DNA of 64,000 nucleotides from Pavona decussata (lineage: Eukaryota): assembly GCA_977016875.1 (NCBI GenBank), contig CDRNST010000382.1, positions 1,860,001-1,924,000 on the forward strand, given 5' to 3'. Below are positions 26,046 to 39,027 of this stretch, piece by piece. The notes under the pieces are model-generated. The model was not told the origin of the DNA and made no database searches. It saw nothing but the letters and a program-made list of their open reading frames with translations. Numbering within the stretch: the first letter of the stretch is position 1; every line of letters starts with the position of its first letter. The position numbers and the translations under genes were made by a program.

Positions 26046-26411
26046 GTGACATCACATGAAAACAATTTATTCAAATGAACAGAGATGCTTAAATCCACCT
26101 TTTATTGAGATGTCATAAGTTTATCTCATGATTCCCTCCATTATGATTGATGTAACAAACATAAATGATTGACATTTACTATATACGTTTACTGTACGAT
26201 AATTATCAATGATTATTATTACTGAAAAATGTTATCTTATATTATCTTTCATTTGCTTTTCTTGGCTTGCACTCACGTGACTCCTGGTACAACTTGCCAT
26301 TTTCATCCGCCATGTTGGGGTTCCAAAACCTACATGGCGGCCAGTGTGTTGACCACATAGTCACCAACTCGTGAACCTAAACATGATTTTCTCTAATTCC
26401 GCTGCCTCAAA

Positions 26412-27935
26412 ATGCCTATGTGCCTGATGGTTGGCTGTTCTAGAAAGACTGGTTGAGGTAAGGGAGTCCGATTGTATTGAGTTCCCGCTATTATTACAAA
26501 TCAAGGCCCAGAAGTTGAGGAATTGAGTATCGAGCAACAGCGATTGTGGATCTCTGCAATAAGCTGTGCTGATCTTACGGGTAAAATCTTGAACAGCGAT
26601 AAAGTTTGCGACCAACATTTCCATTCTGGAACTGCAGCTCCTTTGTGGGATCATTACAATGTTGACTGGGTTCCTACTCTCAATTTAGGCCATGACAAAA
26701 CGGCGACGCAAAGTGAACAACATCAAGCCCAATCGCGAGAGACTCGAGCAGAGAGTTCAAAGGAAAGGCAAAAACGTTAAGCAGAACAACAGGAACAAGA
26801 ACATTTACTGAAGCAGCAGAAATTAAATGAGCCTGGAATTCCCCTTGCTGATTTTGCTGCTGGGATCGAGAGTGCAAGTACCAGTTCAGAACAAGTCCAA
26901 GCGGAGAACTTAGACTTGCAACCTACAGACCAGCAAGAATCAGATCCCAACGAGCAAGCAACATATAGCACATGCTCTACTCAAACAGAAGCTTTCGATT
27001 ATTTATATCGCTCCGTTGAATCTCTGTCCATCAAGGACTGTCCAAGAAGTGATGCCTCAACTCAAATAATAACATAGAGCGCGTGCATCCTAATCTTATT
27101 CCTATTGGCGTCATCATGGTACATTTCTCAACATACGCACAGCTGTGCGTACATCCGATGACGTGTGCAAGTCAGATGGGAGAAGCATGCGCACGCTGTG
27201 TTATTAAAAAAACTTTTACAGAGAGACAACACCATAAATAATGTATACTTATAAGAGCTTGAAGCTTAATGAAACGTTAAGATTAAACCGATATGAGAAA
27301 CCATTTTCGCCTTTTTTTTTACAGAGAATTTTGTAATTAATCTGGAACAAAACCTGTTTTCCAGGAATCATTTACTTTATTTTCACCATGTTATAAAAGA
27401 ATTGGTTCATGCTTTTAGCTGTGCGTATATCGAGTTATGGACGCACTAGGGAAGTTCGAAGAGCACTCAAGAAGCTACAGTTGCTCTCGGCTACATCTCA
27501 AGCAACTCTTATGCTTCTCTCGTGATCCTCAAACTTCCCGCGTCTATCTATAACTCGATATACGTACGCTAAGCATGAACCAATTCTTAACAGAAGAGTT
27601 TGATTACTTGTTTGCTGAGTCAGTGACTAGCAAGCCTTTTGACAAAAATTATTTCAAAGAGGATAATGGGAAAGTGTCCTTCTCTTTTTTTCTTTTGGAA
27701 ATAAGACAACTGTCATTATTGAATGTTTTGAAGCTTTTTGTGTAAAACCGACAACCGACCTGGTTAGAGCTCAAACGTTCAGCTTGTACAAACACCACAA
27801 CACAGTCAAGGTCCTCATCGGCATAACCCCTCAATGATGCATCTCCTTTGTCTCAGAAGCTTGGGGGGGACGCACCTCAGACAAGTATCTCACGGAAAAT
27901 TGTGGGCTGCTCAACAACTTGCTTCCTGGGGATCT
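26412..27935 (+). pseudogene. ISL2EU/Harbinger-group transposase remnant: THAP domain plus DDE_Tnp_4-like fragment
   Basis: MPMCLMVGC..RLWISAI..VCDQHFHSG..DWVPTL (26412-26700); [34 protein letters not shown] (27787-27935); interrupted by a repeat insertion. Confidence 0.75.
27397..27588. mobile_element. ~190-bp fold-back palindromic element (MITE or Crypton-like)
   Basis: aagaattggttcatgct...agcatgaaccaattctt; internal arms also pair (gtatatcgagttat/ataactcgatatac, gggaagtt/aacttccc, agttgct/agcaact). Confidence 0.8.
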
Positions 27936-28299
27936 AGTTCCTGTTTGTCCCCTTCCAGAGGTTCTGAAGGCTCAAATTGTCTCCTAAGGCCTGAGAACTG
28001 GTTAAAACCCTGGGACTACCAACAATCAAAGTACTTTTTTTTGTTTACTTTTTTTGGGAAGACAATCTGGGAGTGGTTAATTAATGCATGGAAATGATAT
28101 TTACTTTGGTGCATTATAGGGGTTGATGTTAGTTTTGCCTAAGATTTCTTTTCCTAAATGCTCCTTGCCAGCGGAAAAAACTTTTGCCAGTTCCTTAAAA
28201 ATTCTACGCCATTTGATGGGTCATCTTCCAATAAATTTGCAATTTTACAGAGTAGGCCACAGTGCTCACCTTGTTTTTGTTATATTTTTTCAGCTAACA

Positions 28300-29790
28300 A
28301 TCGTGACTTCATTCATCCCCTCAGTCCAGTGAAAAAAAATAAAAAAACCAACATGATTAGTATGAATTTAAACTTCATATCTTTTAAACTAATGTCAGAG
28401 GAGTGGTTGCATTTAATATCCGCCATATCGAAACCTGAAAAACTACGAAGAAAACAAAGCCCCAGTACAACTGAAGAACCTGGTGGTAACAGAAAACAAC
28501 GACTGGATCTTTAACCAGCAGGCCGTCCTTCATCAAGCACCAACTTCTGATATTACATTCAATAAATTATGTTGAACAACAAACGTCTGCAAGTGTCAGT
28601 AATGCCATGGCTCTCACTACAGTAACTGTATCACAGATACAGGAACTCACACCAAATCAGAAAATCAACATCACAGCTACTATGGCGATGACGGGGTCAG
28701 ATAGGCCAAATCCTGTTGTGCTTAAAAACTTTAAAGATGGCACATGAGCTATTATGGCGCAAAAATGGTTTTAGAAATCTTACAGTAAGAAATTCCCAAG
28801 GAAGTACATTGGTGAACTCATCATATCTAACCAAAGTTTCTCCAACCACACAAACTCTGTTATGACTAGAAGGACCTTGCCAAACAAGTACCAACACTGT
28901 ATTGGATTTGACAGACAAAATACACAAAAATTGCAAATTTTGAAACATCTGGTAGTCCAGTGAACATGTTCAACATAAGAGAGACAGACAACAAGGTATT
29001 TGTAAACAAAACCTGTGTTGTTGTGCAAGCAAGTAACAGTGACATTTTTTCAGCGTACTGAACCAGAGGCTGAAACAAATCAACCAAATAAGTATCAGAG
29101 TGCGAAGTACGTAATGATAAACTAAATCAAAATTTTGATGAGGGGCCAAAGTGTTAATGTAACAGGAATAATTTCTATCGGTGACAAGCCACCTAAAGAA
29201 GTTATAAACAGGGATGGAAGGAAAGGATTGGTCAAGGAAGATTGTGTTATTGAAGACAACACAGGACAAACATAAATAAATGTTTGGGAGGATTTAATTG
29301 GAAAGTTTTAAAATGGAACCAATTTGATGATAAAGAACTATTCTGGAGACACTTTCCTTGGTGCTAACAAAGGAACAACCTTTTTCTGACGTGGAACTGA
29401 CTCTTGATAACATAAAGGCCCAAAATTCTTGCCCAACTATTAACAAGAAATCATTGCTGAGGAATTTCTATTTGTTGACAAAGTCAACATGTTCTTGAAA
29501 TGCCAGATAAAGTCCTGTAACAAGAAGATGCCATTTTCAGTTGGTTTAAATTTTTTCAAATGTCAATCTTGTAGAACCACCCAGAAGGTAAAGCTAGCGC
29601 TAAAGGGAATGTCTGCATGATTCTGTGTACTGATGGAAGGAGAGAATCTGGCTCACAGCATTAACTGAGGCAATGGAGAAACTGACCACAGCTGCTGGTC
29701 TCTCAACAAATGACTAACGATCACAGCAGCTTTGCTTGAGTTGCAAAACAAGACACAAGATCCAAATTCATCTTAACAGTTCGATAAGGT
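28300..29790 (+). pseudogene. RPA1-like multi-OB-fold ssDNA-binding protein remnant (Helitron cargo type)
   Basis: FIHPLSPVKK; NQKINITAT; DCVIEDNTG..INVWEDLIGK; C-terminal CQIKSCNKK..KCQSC Zn motif; broken frames. Confidence 0.55.
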
Positions 29791-31999
29791 TCATTTGGGA
29801 GAAGTGTATGGAACAGTTGCAATAACACACTTGACTATATGTGAATTGATGTCACTTCCACAACAAGCCTTTGTTAAAGAAAAAGATTTGGACATGATTT
29901 ATTGTCCATTTTATTGTGTTAAAAACTGCAAAAACCATCGCATTTCTTATTCGTTCTTCCAACAAAAAGGCTTTGCGAGCTAAGTTTTAGTGTTCCTCTT
30001 ATAACTCGGGCTGTGAGGCACTGAGTTAAGTTATCGGTCACATTCTTTTTTTGTTTTATTTATTTATTTATTTATTTTGAGTTGCGATTGTCTAAAAAGA
30101 CTTCACATATGACCAAATGACATGTCACATACAGGATGGCAGATCCAAGACAAATGACTAAAAATGAGGCTTTCGCATTCATAGAGAGAAGTATCTCGGA
30201 AATTCTTAATAACTACTTTAAATCATTTTTGTCCAGACTTGTAAATATCCGGACTTGAACGGTGATGACGGAAAACATTTGCAAAAGGTTGCGTTTTAAT
30301 ACAATGTCAGCGATCACCACAAGATTTGGCAGATTCGAAAGCATAGAACACCTAAATGTGGCTCTCACGTAAAGGATGCTTGGCCAGCATAATCTCGCTC
30401 CCCCTTGATGTATTCTGCGAGTCACTGTTCTTTCAAATCAAAATGGTGTCGGCTGTGAAGCATTCATGAAGGGTTCACCTTAGCGCAGAGATGGTTCTGG
30501 AGTCGTTAGAACAAAAAGGTTATGGCAATGATGGTATGTTGAGTGGCGAGGAAAGCGATCTATATCGTCAGCTGCAACATACAAATGACAGATCAAGGTA
30601 TAAACTGTCCTGTGTGATTGTGTTACGTAAGCACACAATGCGTTTTAGACCATTTTACTCTGTAGTTCTGGCCATTCAATCTACAACAATTTAGAACTTA
30701 TTCCCATACAAATGAAAGGTGAATTACAAATGCTTTCATTGTATTTCATTTATAAATATAAACAGCGGAACATTGACAAACGTACAAGGACAACGTACAC
30801 GTGAAGCATAAAGTTACTCTTGATCATACTGGAAATTGCAATGTGATAGCGTAATCATGACCCAGCATCACACAGATACATATCTGACTCATGGTTAGTA
30901 TTTAAAAAAATCAATGTACAAATGGTTTCTCTCTTTTAATCAAAGGCAAAAACATAAGGATTAAGGCCTGGGGATTAAAGCATTTTCTTGTTCCTGTTAA
31001 AATCTCAACCACTTTTCCAGTCATTGCCCTGTCCATTTAGTTTCTGTTGAAGCTTGTTTATAATCACTTCTATGCATTACTCAATTTGTTACTGTTGATG
31101 TGTTCTTTTTCAATCATTACTTTTGTTAATAGGGCATTACAAATTATACAAATACCTCACTTTCCCCTTGTGTGGTATCAATAAGTGCAACGTTCAAAAT
31201 AACATTAAAGAATGAAAACTGTTATTGTATTCTGTAATGTTCAAATTTATTTTATTAACCTCAATATTTTACCCATATTTTGTTTGGCTCTTTCAAATTG
31301 ACTAACCATGGTTACCATAGTTAATTGTAACTGCACAATTTGTGTGAATTGATTGTGGCCAAAGTCTAGCCAGTAATCAGATAACACATCCACTTAAACA
31401 CCTTTAGGCATCTTGTTCAGAGATAGTAACGCCTCAATTTGGAAAAAAAAAACACCATACATTACTTTGAATTTTACTACTTTTTATGAGTACAGAAAAT
31501 TAGACAAAATAAAAATTAAGCCAATGCTGCCTTTTCTCCAGGATCAGGAGGGGGGTCCAGGGAGGTCTGAAGGGGCATTGCCATGTGCTTTTGCTGGAGT
31601 TTGCTCTGATTGCCTCAGCCCCCCTTACAACCTGTCCAACGTCCTTTTCTACATCCACAATGCCTGCACTGGAATAGCCATTTATTGTTGAGCTGGGTTT
31701 CTCCACTTCCAGGGACAGACTGCCGTAACTCGGAACCACTTTGATTCCTTTGCTGACATTATTTCCACTAATTACTTCTATTAACAACTTTTTTAAGCGG
31801 AACAATTTTAATAATTGTGCGATCTGACTCAAAGTGAAGAGGCAGTACTTGGGAACTTTCAGTGTTGCACGGTGAGACATGTCGATAAGTTGTAATTAGA
31901 AGTCAGTATCACTCAAGCTTTGCAGTCGTGCTTTTATAATGCAGTTAAATGCAATTTAACAGAGTTAACAACAAGGAGCACCTGTTCCATCCTGTTGGC

Positions 32000-32272
32000 C
32001 AGGGGCATTTGCGAGATGCGCGTGTACCAAGACCTGTCATGCTCTGGGACCAGTATGCATCTTAGCGTGGTCTAGTGCATTTAGCGTTAAGCCATATTGG
32101 TGTGTTCGTCAGCTTTTTAGCATGCTTTATTCAGTGTGGGCGTATCACGAACATTGTGACTAAGTTTATAAGCGGTTTCTTCCCTCCCCTTTTCCACTGA
32201 TGTTCTCAGTGTGACGGGTGCCTACTTTCTTCCCTGCCGCGTGGGGGCTCATGGCTGGGTTGCCAGGATTTC

Positions 32273-32309
<37 letters not shown>

Positions 32310-32370
32310 CTAATAGTGGAAGCTCCTGGGTATCACAGGCACCCAACCTCCACTTAGCAACGCAGTTGTT
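32000..32370 (+). mobile_element. Probable DIRS/Ngaro terminal repeat remnant
   Basis: GC-rich non-coding segment with hairpin catggctggg...cccagccatg; resemblance only. Confidence 0.3.
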
Positions 32371-34327
32371 AACCCATGGTAAGATCGAAATTTAGAAAAA
32401 GGAACAAATTGCAACAGTTCTTCATTTCTATTGTTAAAACAAGTGCCAATCAGTGCAATGAGAAGTGTTTTGTCCTTAAGCTGATTTGCATGTGAATGGA
32501 TGTCTATCTGTTGGTATCAGACACTTTGGTCATAATCATTGTTGAAGTTCCAATAATGGAACGAACACCGGTTTCTGTGAAGCTGCAAATTGTGTCGCTT
32601 TCATCAAAATCAAAAAGTATCAATGCAATTGTACGCCAACTCCAAAAGGAAGGCATCAAAATCAGACAGCAAACCGTAGCCAGGATATTAAAAATATAAA
32701 GAAAGTAGATACCTTGCTGATAAGGCATCCAACGGCCACAAACCCATCCTGTCAATGGAACAATTAAATTTCATTGACACAAAAATTGAAGAAAATGATG
32801 AACTTACTGCTATTGATGAGGGTTCAAGTTGTTTACTGAATTTACACCATTGCTTTTGTTACTAATGTCTAACTCTAACCAACCAAGTGTATGATTAGTT
32901 GATCTTATATTAATTTAGTAAATGTTTTTTTAAGGTCTTAAGAAGCTGCTATACAGCGAGATGGGAGTTCACTTGTCAACATCCACCAACAAAAGAACAA
33001 GACGGAAACTTGGTTGAAGAAATGTGGCCCGTTATTGTCAGATGGTTTGAGAAACAAATCAAACCGACTGCCTGGCTTTTGCTCAGAAATGCCTAGAAAA
33101 AAGGAGAAGATTTTGAAGACGTCATCTTCATAGTACCATCTGGCTCAAACGGCATGGGAAGATCTGTTTCAGAAAGGCGGGAAGACCAGGCAAGCGAGAG
33201 GAAACACCCCCTCACAGTCAACTCTTGGGCTGGCATTTCAAGGAGAGGTGCCACTCTGATTTGATCATTAGTGGTATAATGAAGAAGGAGTTTTATGTCG
33301 ACGAGATTCTAAACAAAGTATTCCTCCCATTTACTTCAGACACTTTTACAGATGATTATTGTTTTTAACAGGATAATGATCCCAAACATAAAAGTAAGTT
33401 ACCTTTTTTAAGCGCACCATTGTGAAAAAAATTGTAAGAGTTTGTTCTCTAATGAACGCTTTCTCCTTGTTTTACATATACTGGCTATGCAGTTTATCCA
33501 GGACAACAGGATCAACTACTGGCCCACCCCAGCAGAGAGCCCGATATGAATCCAATCGAAAACCTGTGGCTAAAGCACTACCTTAGAGTCTATATGAAGC
33601 CCATGAACATAGAGGAGCTTGTCGCCGGCATTCAGCATTTCTGGGATACCAAGGCTGCTGCCTAACGGGCGCCCGGTCGCCAGAGGCGCCCAAGGTAAGA
33701 GCATGGGCGACCAAATTTCGGTACAAGGAGCCCGCGCGGGCGCCTGACTTAACACACGGCATTACACTTAACCTCCTTGTACATTATATTCCTTTAGCTG
33801 GAGTAGGACTTTAAACAGTGGAACTGTTGATATGGTTAGCGATGATGCGATTAGGCAGTATAAAATTTCCACAAGTAAACCGTAAATTATGTAAACCTAA
33901 CGTGTTCAACTGTGAAGCTTTGTCGAAACGAACGAAGCCATCGTTTCCGAGTCCGGATGGCAGTTGAAGACTGGGTCTGAGATTTGACTTCCAAATATGG
34001 AATAGCAAAATTATGGGCTGTTTGTTGCCTATGTTGACATTCGTGCAGTTCATCGTTTGCTTGGGTTTTCGTCGATTTGATAACTTTTTTGTGGCGAGAA
34101 TGGGAAGCTATCTTGCGTGCTATCGACTGGACGTGCTTGATGTTCGATTTCATGTACCAGTTTGCAACGTATCAGCATTTTCAAGAGACTTTAAAAAACA
34201 ACACGCCAGAGAACGCAGTATGATATTTCATATTTGTAATGTGATGTCTTTACCTTGAATAAAGAAATTAAAGTAATGATCAACTTTGTGTTGGTTGTAT
34301 TTCTGCCTTGCTGCACGTGCTTAGCGC

Positions 34328-34415
34328 CCTTTCCCGCTAAAATCGGCAAAGGTTCTGCTTTTCCCGCTAAAATCGGCAAAGGTTCTTCTTTTCTCGCTAA
34401 AATCGACAAAGGTTT
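34328..34415. repeat. 30-bp tandem repeat x3 just upstream of the hAT ATG
   Basis: tttcccgctaaaatcggcaaaggttct repeated three times. Confidence 0.9.
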
Positions 34416-34445
34416 CAGCAATTTGTCTTAAGCCCAGTGACTACA

Positions 34446-37400
34446 ATGGAATTCTCGCAACAGGTAAGCAATGTTTATTTCTTACGACTTCGTATGTGAA
34501 CATTTATATTAATATAGATAACGATTTGGAAACTGTCTCTTTCAAAACAATAAAATATATTTCCCGCTTTTAAAACACAACCGAAGATGCTGTGCCTTCA
34601 TTTGACCTATATTCAATGCGGTTTTATTTAATCCGTAGTGACAACTTGACATTCTTGACCTTCTAAACGAAATAGCAGATCAGCTAGGTAGCTGTCTGTG
34701 ATTGCCTCGCAAATTCATGCAAATTTTCTTTGACTAATGAAATTTGAACCGCGTTTGTTTTGAGATCAAAGATACTGTAAGCTTGATATTTCACTTATAA
34801 TAAAAACGGCTTCTTTTCGCGTACAGTTTCTACAGCTTCGATACACTGATGTTGAGTTTGGTTCTGGAACATGCTCACAGAAAAGTGCAGAAAGTTTAAG
34901 ACAGTAGCGCTTGAAATGTAACAAATATCATTTTCGTGACACGGCTATTTTTGTCGTGGAAGGAAATTTGATCGGGGCAGATTTTGATCACGTGCTAGGT
35001 AACCAGTTCTGACGGCTCAGATGGAGAATCTCTCTTTTCCATAACCAAACCAGGAATTTACCTTCAAGATGACCATGCAACGATGAATGTCTTGTTTATT
35101 CATTCTCATCTTAGTTGAACATTAATTATAAGGAAATTTGGCAAAGTTAAATTTTGTTGCGGGAAAATACTCGGTTATAAGACGCACCCCGAGTTTTGAG
35201 AAAATTTTTATCGAGCAAGCACAAATTTTCGTAAACAAAGGTGCGTCTTATAAGTGAATAAATACGGTACTTCGGTTATCAATTGTTTTCTTCTGATACT
35301 GACTTGTAATTGGGCTATATTTTTATTCGCTTACAAATACAAAATCTTTCGGGGTTTGGCCGCGGGAATCTTTATTCCTTTAGTGACAGATATAAGATAT
35401 TTTAAAATGAAATGCCACTTGATATCTTTATAGTAACGCTACACTGTGTATAACTGGTCTAGCCTCATTGAGGCCAAGGTCCTCAATAAAATATAACAAG
35501 TTTTGAACAGTTCACAGAGTGGGCCGGTTTTCTTTATATTTCAGGTTGCTGACTTAAAAACTTTGAAAGAAGCCCTGATTAGCAATAACCAAGATTTGTG
35601 TTGCAAGTTAAGGGACAAATATTCGCGAAAATTAAACCTTAACCAGTCCTTCCCGAGATCTGATAAGCTAAAACAAGACCAACTGGCACAGTCCCTTATT
35701 CCGTGTGATGCACCAACTGGCCTTATTGCTCATGAAGTCGCTGGGGATGGAAATTGCCTGTACCACGCCATTTCTCTGGCCCTTGTGGGTACAACAGAAT
35801 ACTCTACTTGTCTTCGTATTCTGACAGCCATTGAGCTGTTTGAAAATACTGCCTACTATGGAAACCATCCGCGATTCCGGGAAGCTCTTCAATGTGGGTG
35901 TCCCTTTGGAGAAGTCACCGTTTTCACGCTCGCACTGAAAGAAAATGGAATAGCAGAGTGGGAGCACAGTGGCAACCGTGAGTCTGCTATCCAGAGTGAG
36001 GCAATTGGGGGATGTCAGCTAGGTGAATGGTCGTCGCTGATGCACATCATGGCACTTTCCACAGTGATTTCCAGGCCTGTCTTTACAATCTATCCAAGTT
36101 GTGCAGAAGCTATTCGCCCCCTCTTACATGGCTTAGTGAAACCACGTATTAACAGGCCAGACGTGTTTTCCAATAATGATTGCTTTCATATTCTGTGGTC
36201 AAGGGATGGTGGATTAGACAGCCGCCCAAATGCTATTTATGTTCCTAACCACTTTGTCCCCCTTTTTAAAAAGGAATATGCCGATCATGCAGTCAAAACT
36301 GCTAAAGACTACCGCAAAGTTGCTGACCAGTCCACTAAAAAAGCATCCCCCCCGAAAAGGTCGTTTAGTTTGGAAGACTTTTGGTTTCCAACAGAATGTA
36401 AAAAGAAAAAGAGAAATGAAGCAGGCATAAACAATAAAAGAATGAAAATGGGGGATGATGGGAAGACAGAAAAGAAGACAGAGGACAAAATAAAGATGAA
36501 GGAAAAAATGCTGGTGGAGGAAGAATTAAAGATTCAGGATGACATGAAGATGGAAAAGGAATTGAAGATGCAGGATGAAACGAAGATGACAGATGAATTT
36601 AAGATGCAGGACGAAACAGATATGGAAGATGAGAGAAAAATGGAGGATGAGAGGAAAATGAAGGATGATCAGGGGAAGATGGATGCAAGAAAAATGGCTG
36701 CAGAAAAGAACATGGAGGGTGAAAGAAAGGTAAAGAGTGCAACGACGATGGATGATAAAAGGAAGATTGAGGTGAATAGGAAGATAGAAGAAGATGGAAA
36801 GGATGAATCGGATAGGACAAGGGAAAATCACGCTAATGCTATGGACAAACGTAAGGAATATGAACAAAAACGGACAAGGTCATTTCAGTGGAAGTGGCTT
36901 CAAGCCCATTCTTGGTTGCGTATAAACCTTGTAAGAAAAGGCACAATGCAGCCATTCATTACTAACACACCCTACCCAAATTCACAACCTGTTGGAACAG
37001 CAGTGAAATCAATGTACTGTGGTGTTTGCTCAAAGCACCCTTCTTTAGCATCAAAGGACAGTGAAATAGCTAAGAGAAGTGGGTCAAGCAACTTCAAAAA
37101 CGAAACATTAAAAAAACATGAAACAAGCCAGAACCATAAAAAATGTATTGCTGCGGACAAAGCCATAAATGATCCGAAAAAAACTGAAATGTACAAGTGC
37201 TGTAAGCAGTTATACGAAAAAGAAGACGAAAAAATGGAGAAGAAATTTAAAACAGCCTTCTACATTTCAGCATTAGAACGGCCATTAGATGACTATGAAA
37301 GTCTCTGTGCGCTTCAAAAGTTAAATGGGGTGGAGCTGGGTGAAACTTACTTAACACGATCTGCATGTACTGAGTTCATTGAGCACATAAGCTCTGTTAT

Positions 37401-39027
37401 GAAGGAGGATCTCGCAGACAAATTGAAGGAATGTAACTTTTTCTCCCTAATGATTGATGGAAGTACAGATCATGGTGTCATTGAGGAAGCCATTATGTAT
37501 GTGCGCTACTTGGAAAAGTCAGTTGGAAGACCGGTCACTGCATATCTTGGAATCGAAGAACCTAAGGCTGGAACTGGAAGAGGTTATTTAGATGCGGTTG
37601 ATTCCTGTTTCCAAAGAGTAACCAACATGAATTCAGTCACCTGGAAGGAGAAAATTACAGGCCTGGGAACTGATGGCTGTGCGGCAATGACAGGTGAGAA
37701 GAACGGAGTGGTTGGTTTATTGAGGCAAGAAAATAGAGAATTTATGGGATTCTGGTGCGGAGCACACAAGCTTGAATTGGCAGTTGTCAAGTGCCTAGAA
37801 AAATACCCAGATTTTGTGAAAGTACGTGATGTCCTTCGCAGTTTATACCAGGAATATCACTACAGCGCCAAGGCCCTCAGGGAATTAAGAGAGTTAGCTG
37901 AAGCACTAGATAACCAGATCTCTAAGCCTACTAATGTGTTTGGAGCTAGATGGTTGCCACATCTTCAAACCGCACTCCAGGTACTGTTTCGGGGATATAA
38001 AACTCTCATGATGCATTGCCAGAACACAAGAGAGATGCGTGTAGGATCAAGTGGTAGACAGGGGCGAGCATCATTTTCGGTCAAGTTCTTAACCTCATTC
38101 AGAGGGTTGCTCTTTACCAGTTTTCTGTGGGACATTGCGGAGGAAGCAGCTCATTTAAGTAAGGTTTTTCAAGCTGAGTTTCTTACAGTTACAACCGCAG
38201 CGGCAGCAGTTCGAAAATTTGAATTACAGTGTCTTAATATGAAGTCGTTAAATGGTCCAAGACTTGAGGCGTTTTTGAAAGAAGCAGGGGATGGCAGTGT
38301 GTTCAGAGAAATTAAGATCAAAAGGGAAGACAATGATATTGAACAATTTGAGAAGATCAGAAAGTCTGTTTTGGATGAAATTGGACAGAGCATGGGGGAG
38401 CGATTCCATTACCTCTTTAACGACCCAGTTGTAAAGGCTTCTTCAGTTTTAGATCCAGACACGTGGCCTACAGATCCTGAAGAGTTAGCGTCTTATGGTT
38501 GTGATCAGCTCTGTGTAATCGCTAACAGGTACCAAGAGCAGTTGCAAAAAGCTGGTTTTAAAGCTGAGTCTGTCAGTAGTGAGTGGCAGGGAGTTAAGAG
38601 CCTTGTGCGTCTAATGAAGCACAAGACAACACCTGACATTTACTCTGTGTTGTTTTCTAAACAAGAAGAATTTCCTAACTTCCTTTTGATTGCCGAGATT
38701 GTGTTCACCTGGCCTTTGTCCACCGCAGCTTGTGAGCGAGGTTTCAGCTCCATGAACCGCACTAAAACTATTCAGCGTTCAAGTCTTGCAACTAGGACAC
38801 TGGACAACAACTTGCGTATCTCAGTTAAGTACCACAGCCTGAACAAATCAGAGAGAGTCAAGGCCTTCGCTCAATCTGGGCACCTTGCCAATGCAGTCAA
38901 GCATTGGCGAGAAAACAGTGTCAGAGCCCGACGAGAGAACTGGGTGGACAAACATCCAGAGGCTAGAACCTGGAGTTCTCTTAAGGGGAAAAACCAAAAG
39001 ACTGATGAACATTGCTCAATGCTGTGA
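34446..39027 (+). CDS. hAT transposase (ZNF862-like) with N-terminal vertnin-like OTU protease domain; predicted exons 34446-34463 and 35545-39027, ~1166 aa
   Basis: ATG GAA TTC TCG CAA CAG|gtaagc and tttcag|GTT are both phase 0; OTU GDGNCLY..W..NHFVP; TTF-type Zn finger; IDGSTD, TDG, CGAH, RWL, STAACERGFS motifs all intact. Confidence 0.88.
35165..35269. mobile_element. Pogo/Tigger-like MITE remnant in the hAT intron
   Basis: tataagacgcacc...ggtgcgtcttata inverted pair ending aaatacggta. Confidence 0.5.

Noticed and set aside
30440-30600. piggyBac-like acidic N-terminal exon (LSGEESDL)
   Set aside because: Too short, with no downstream catalytic motifs
35503-35544. TTG start of the 1174-aa ORF
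   Set aside because: Lies in a polypyrimidine/AG acceptor region; an upstream ATG exon fits in phase
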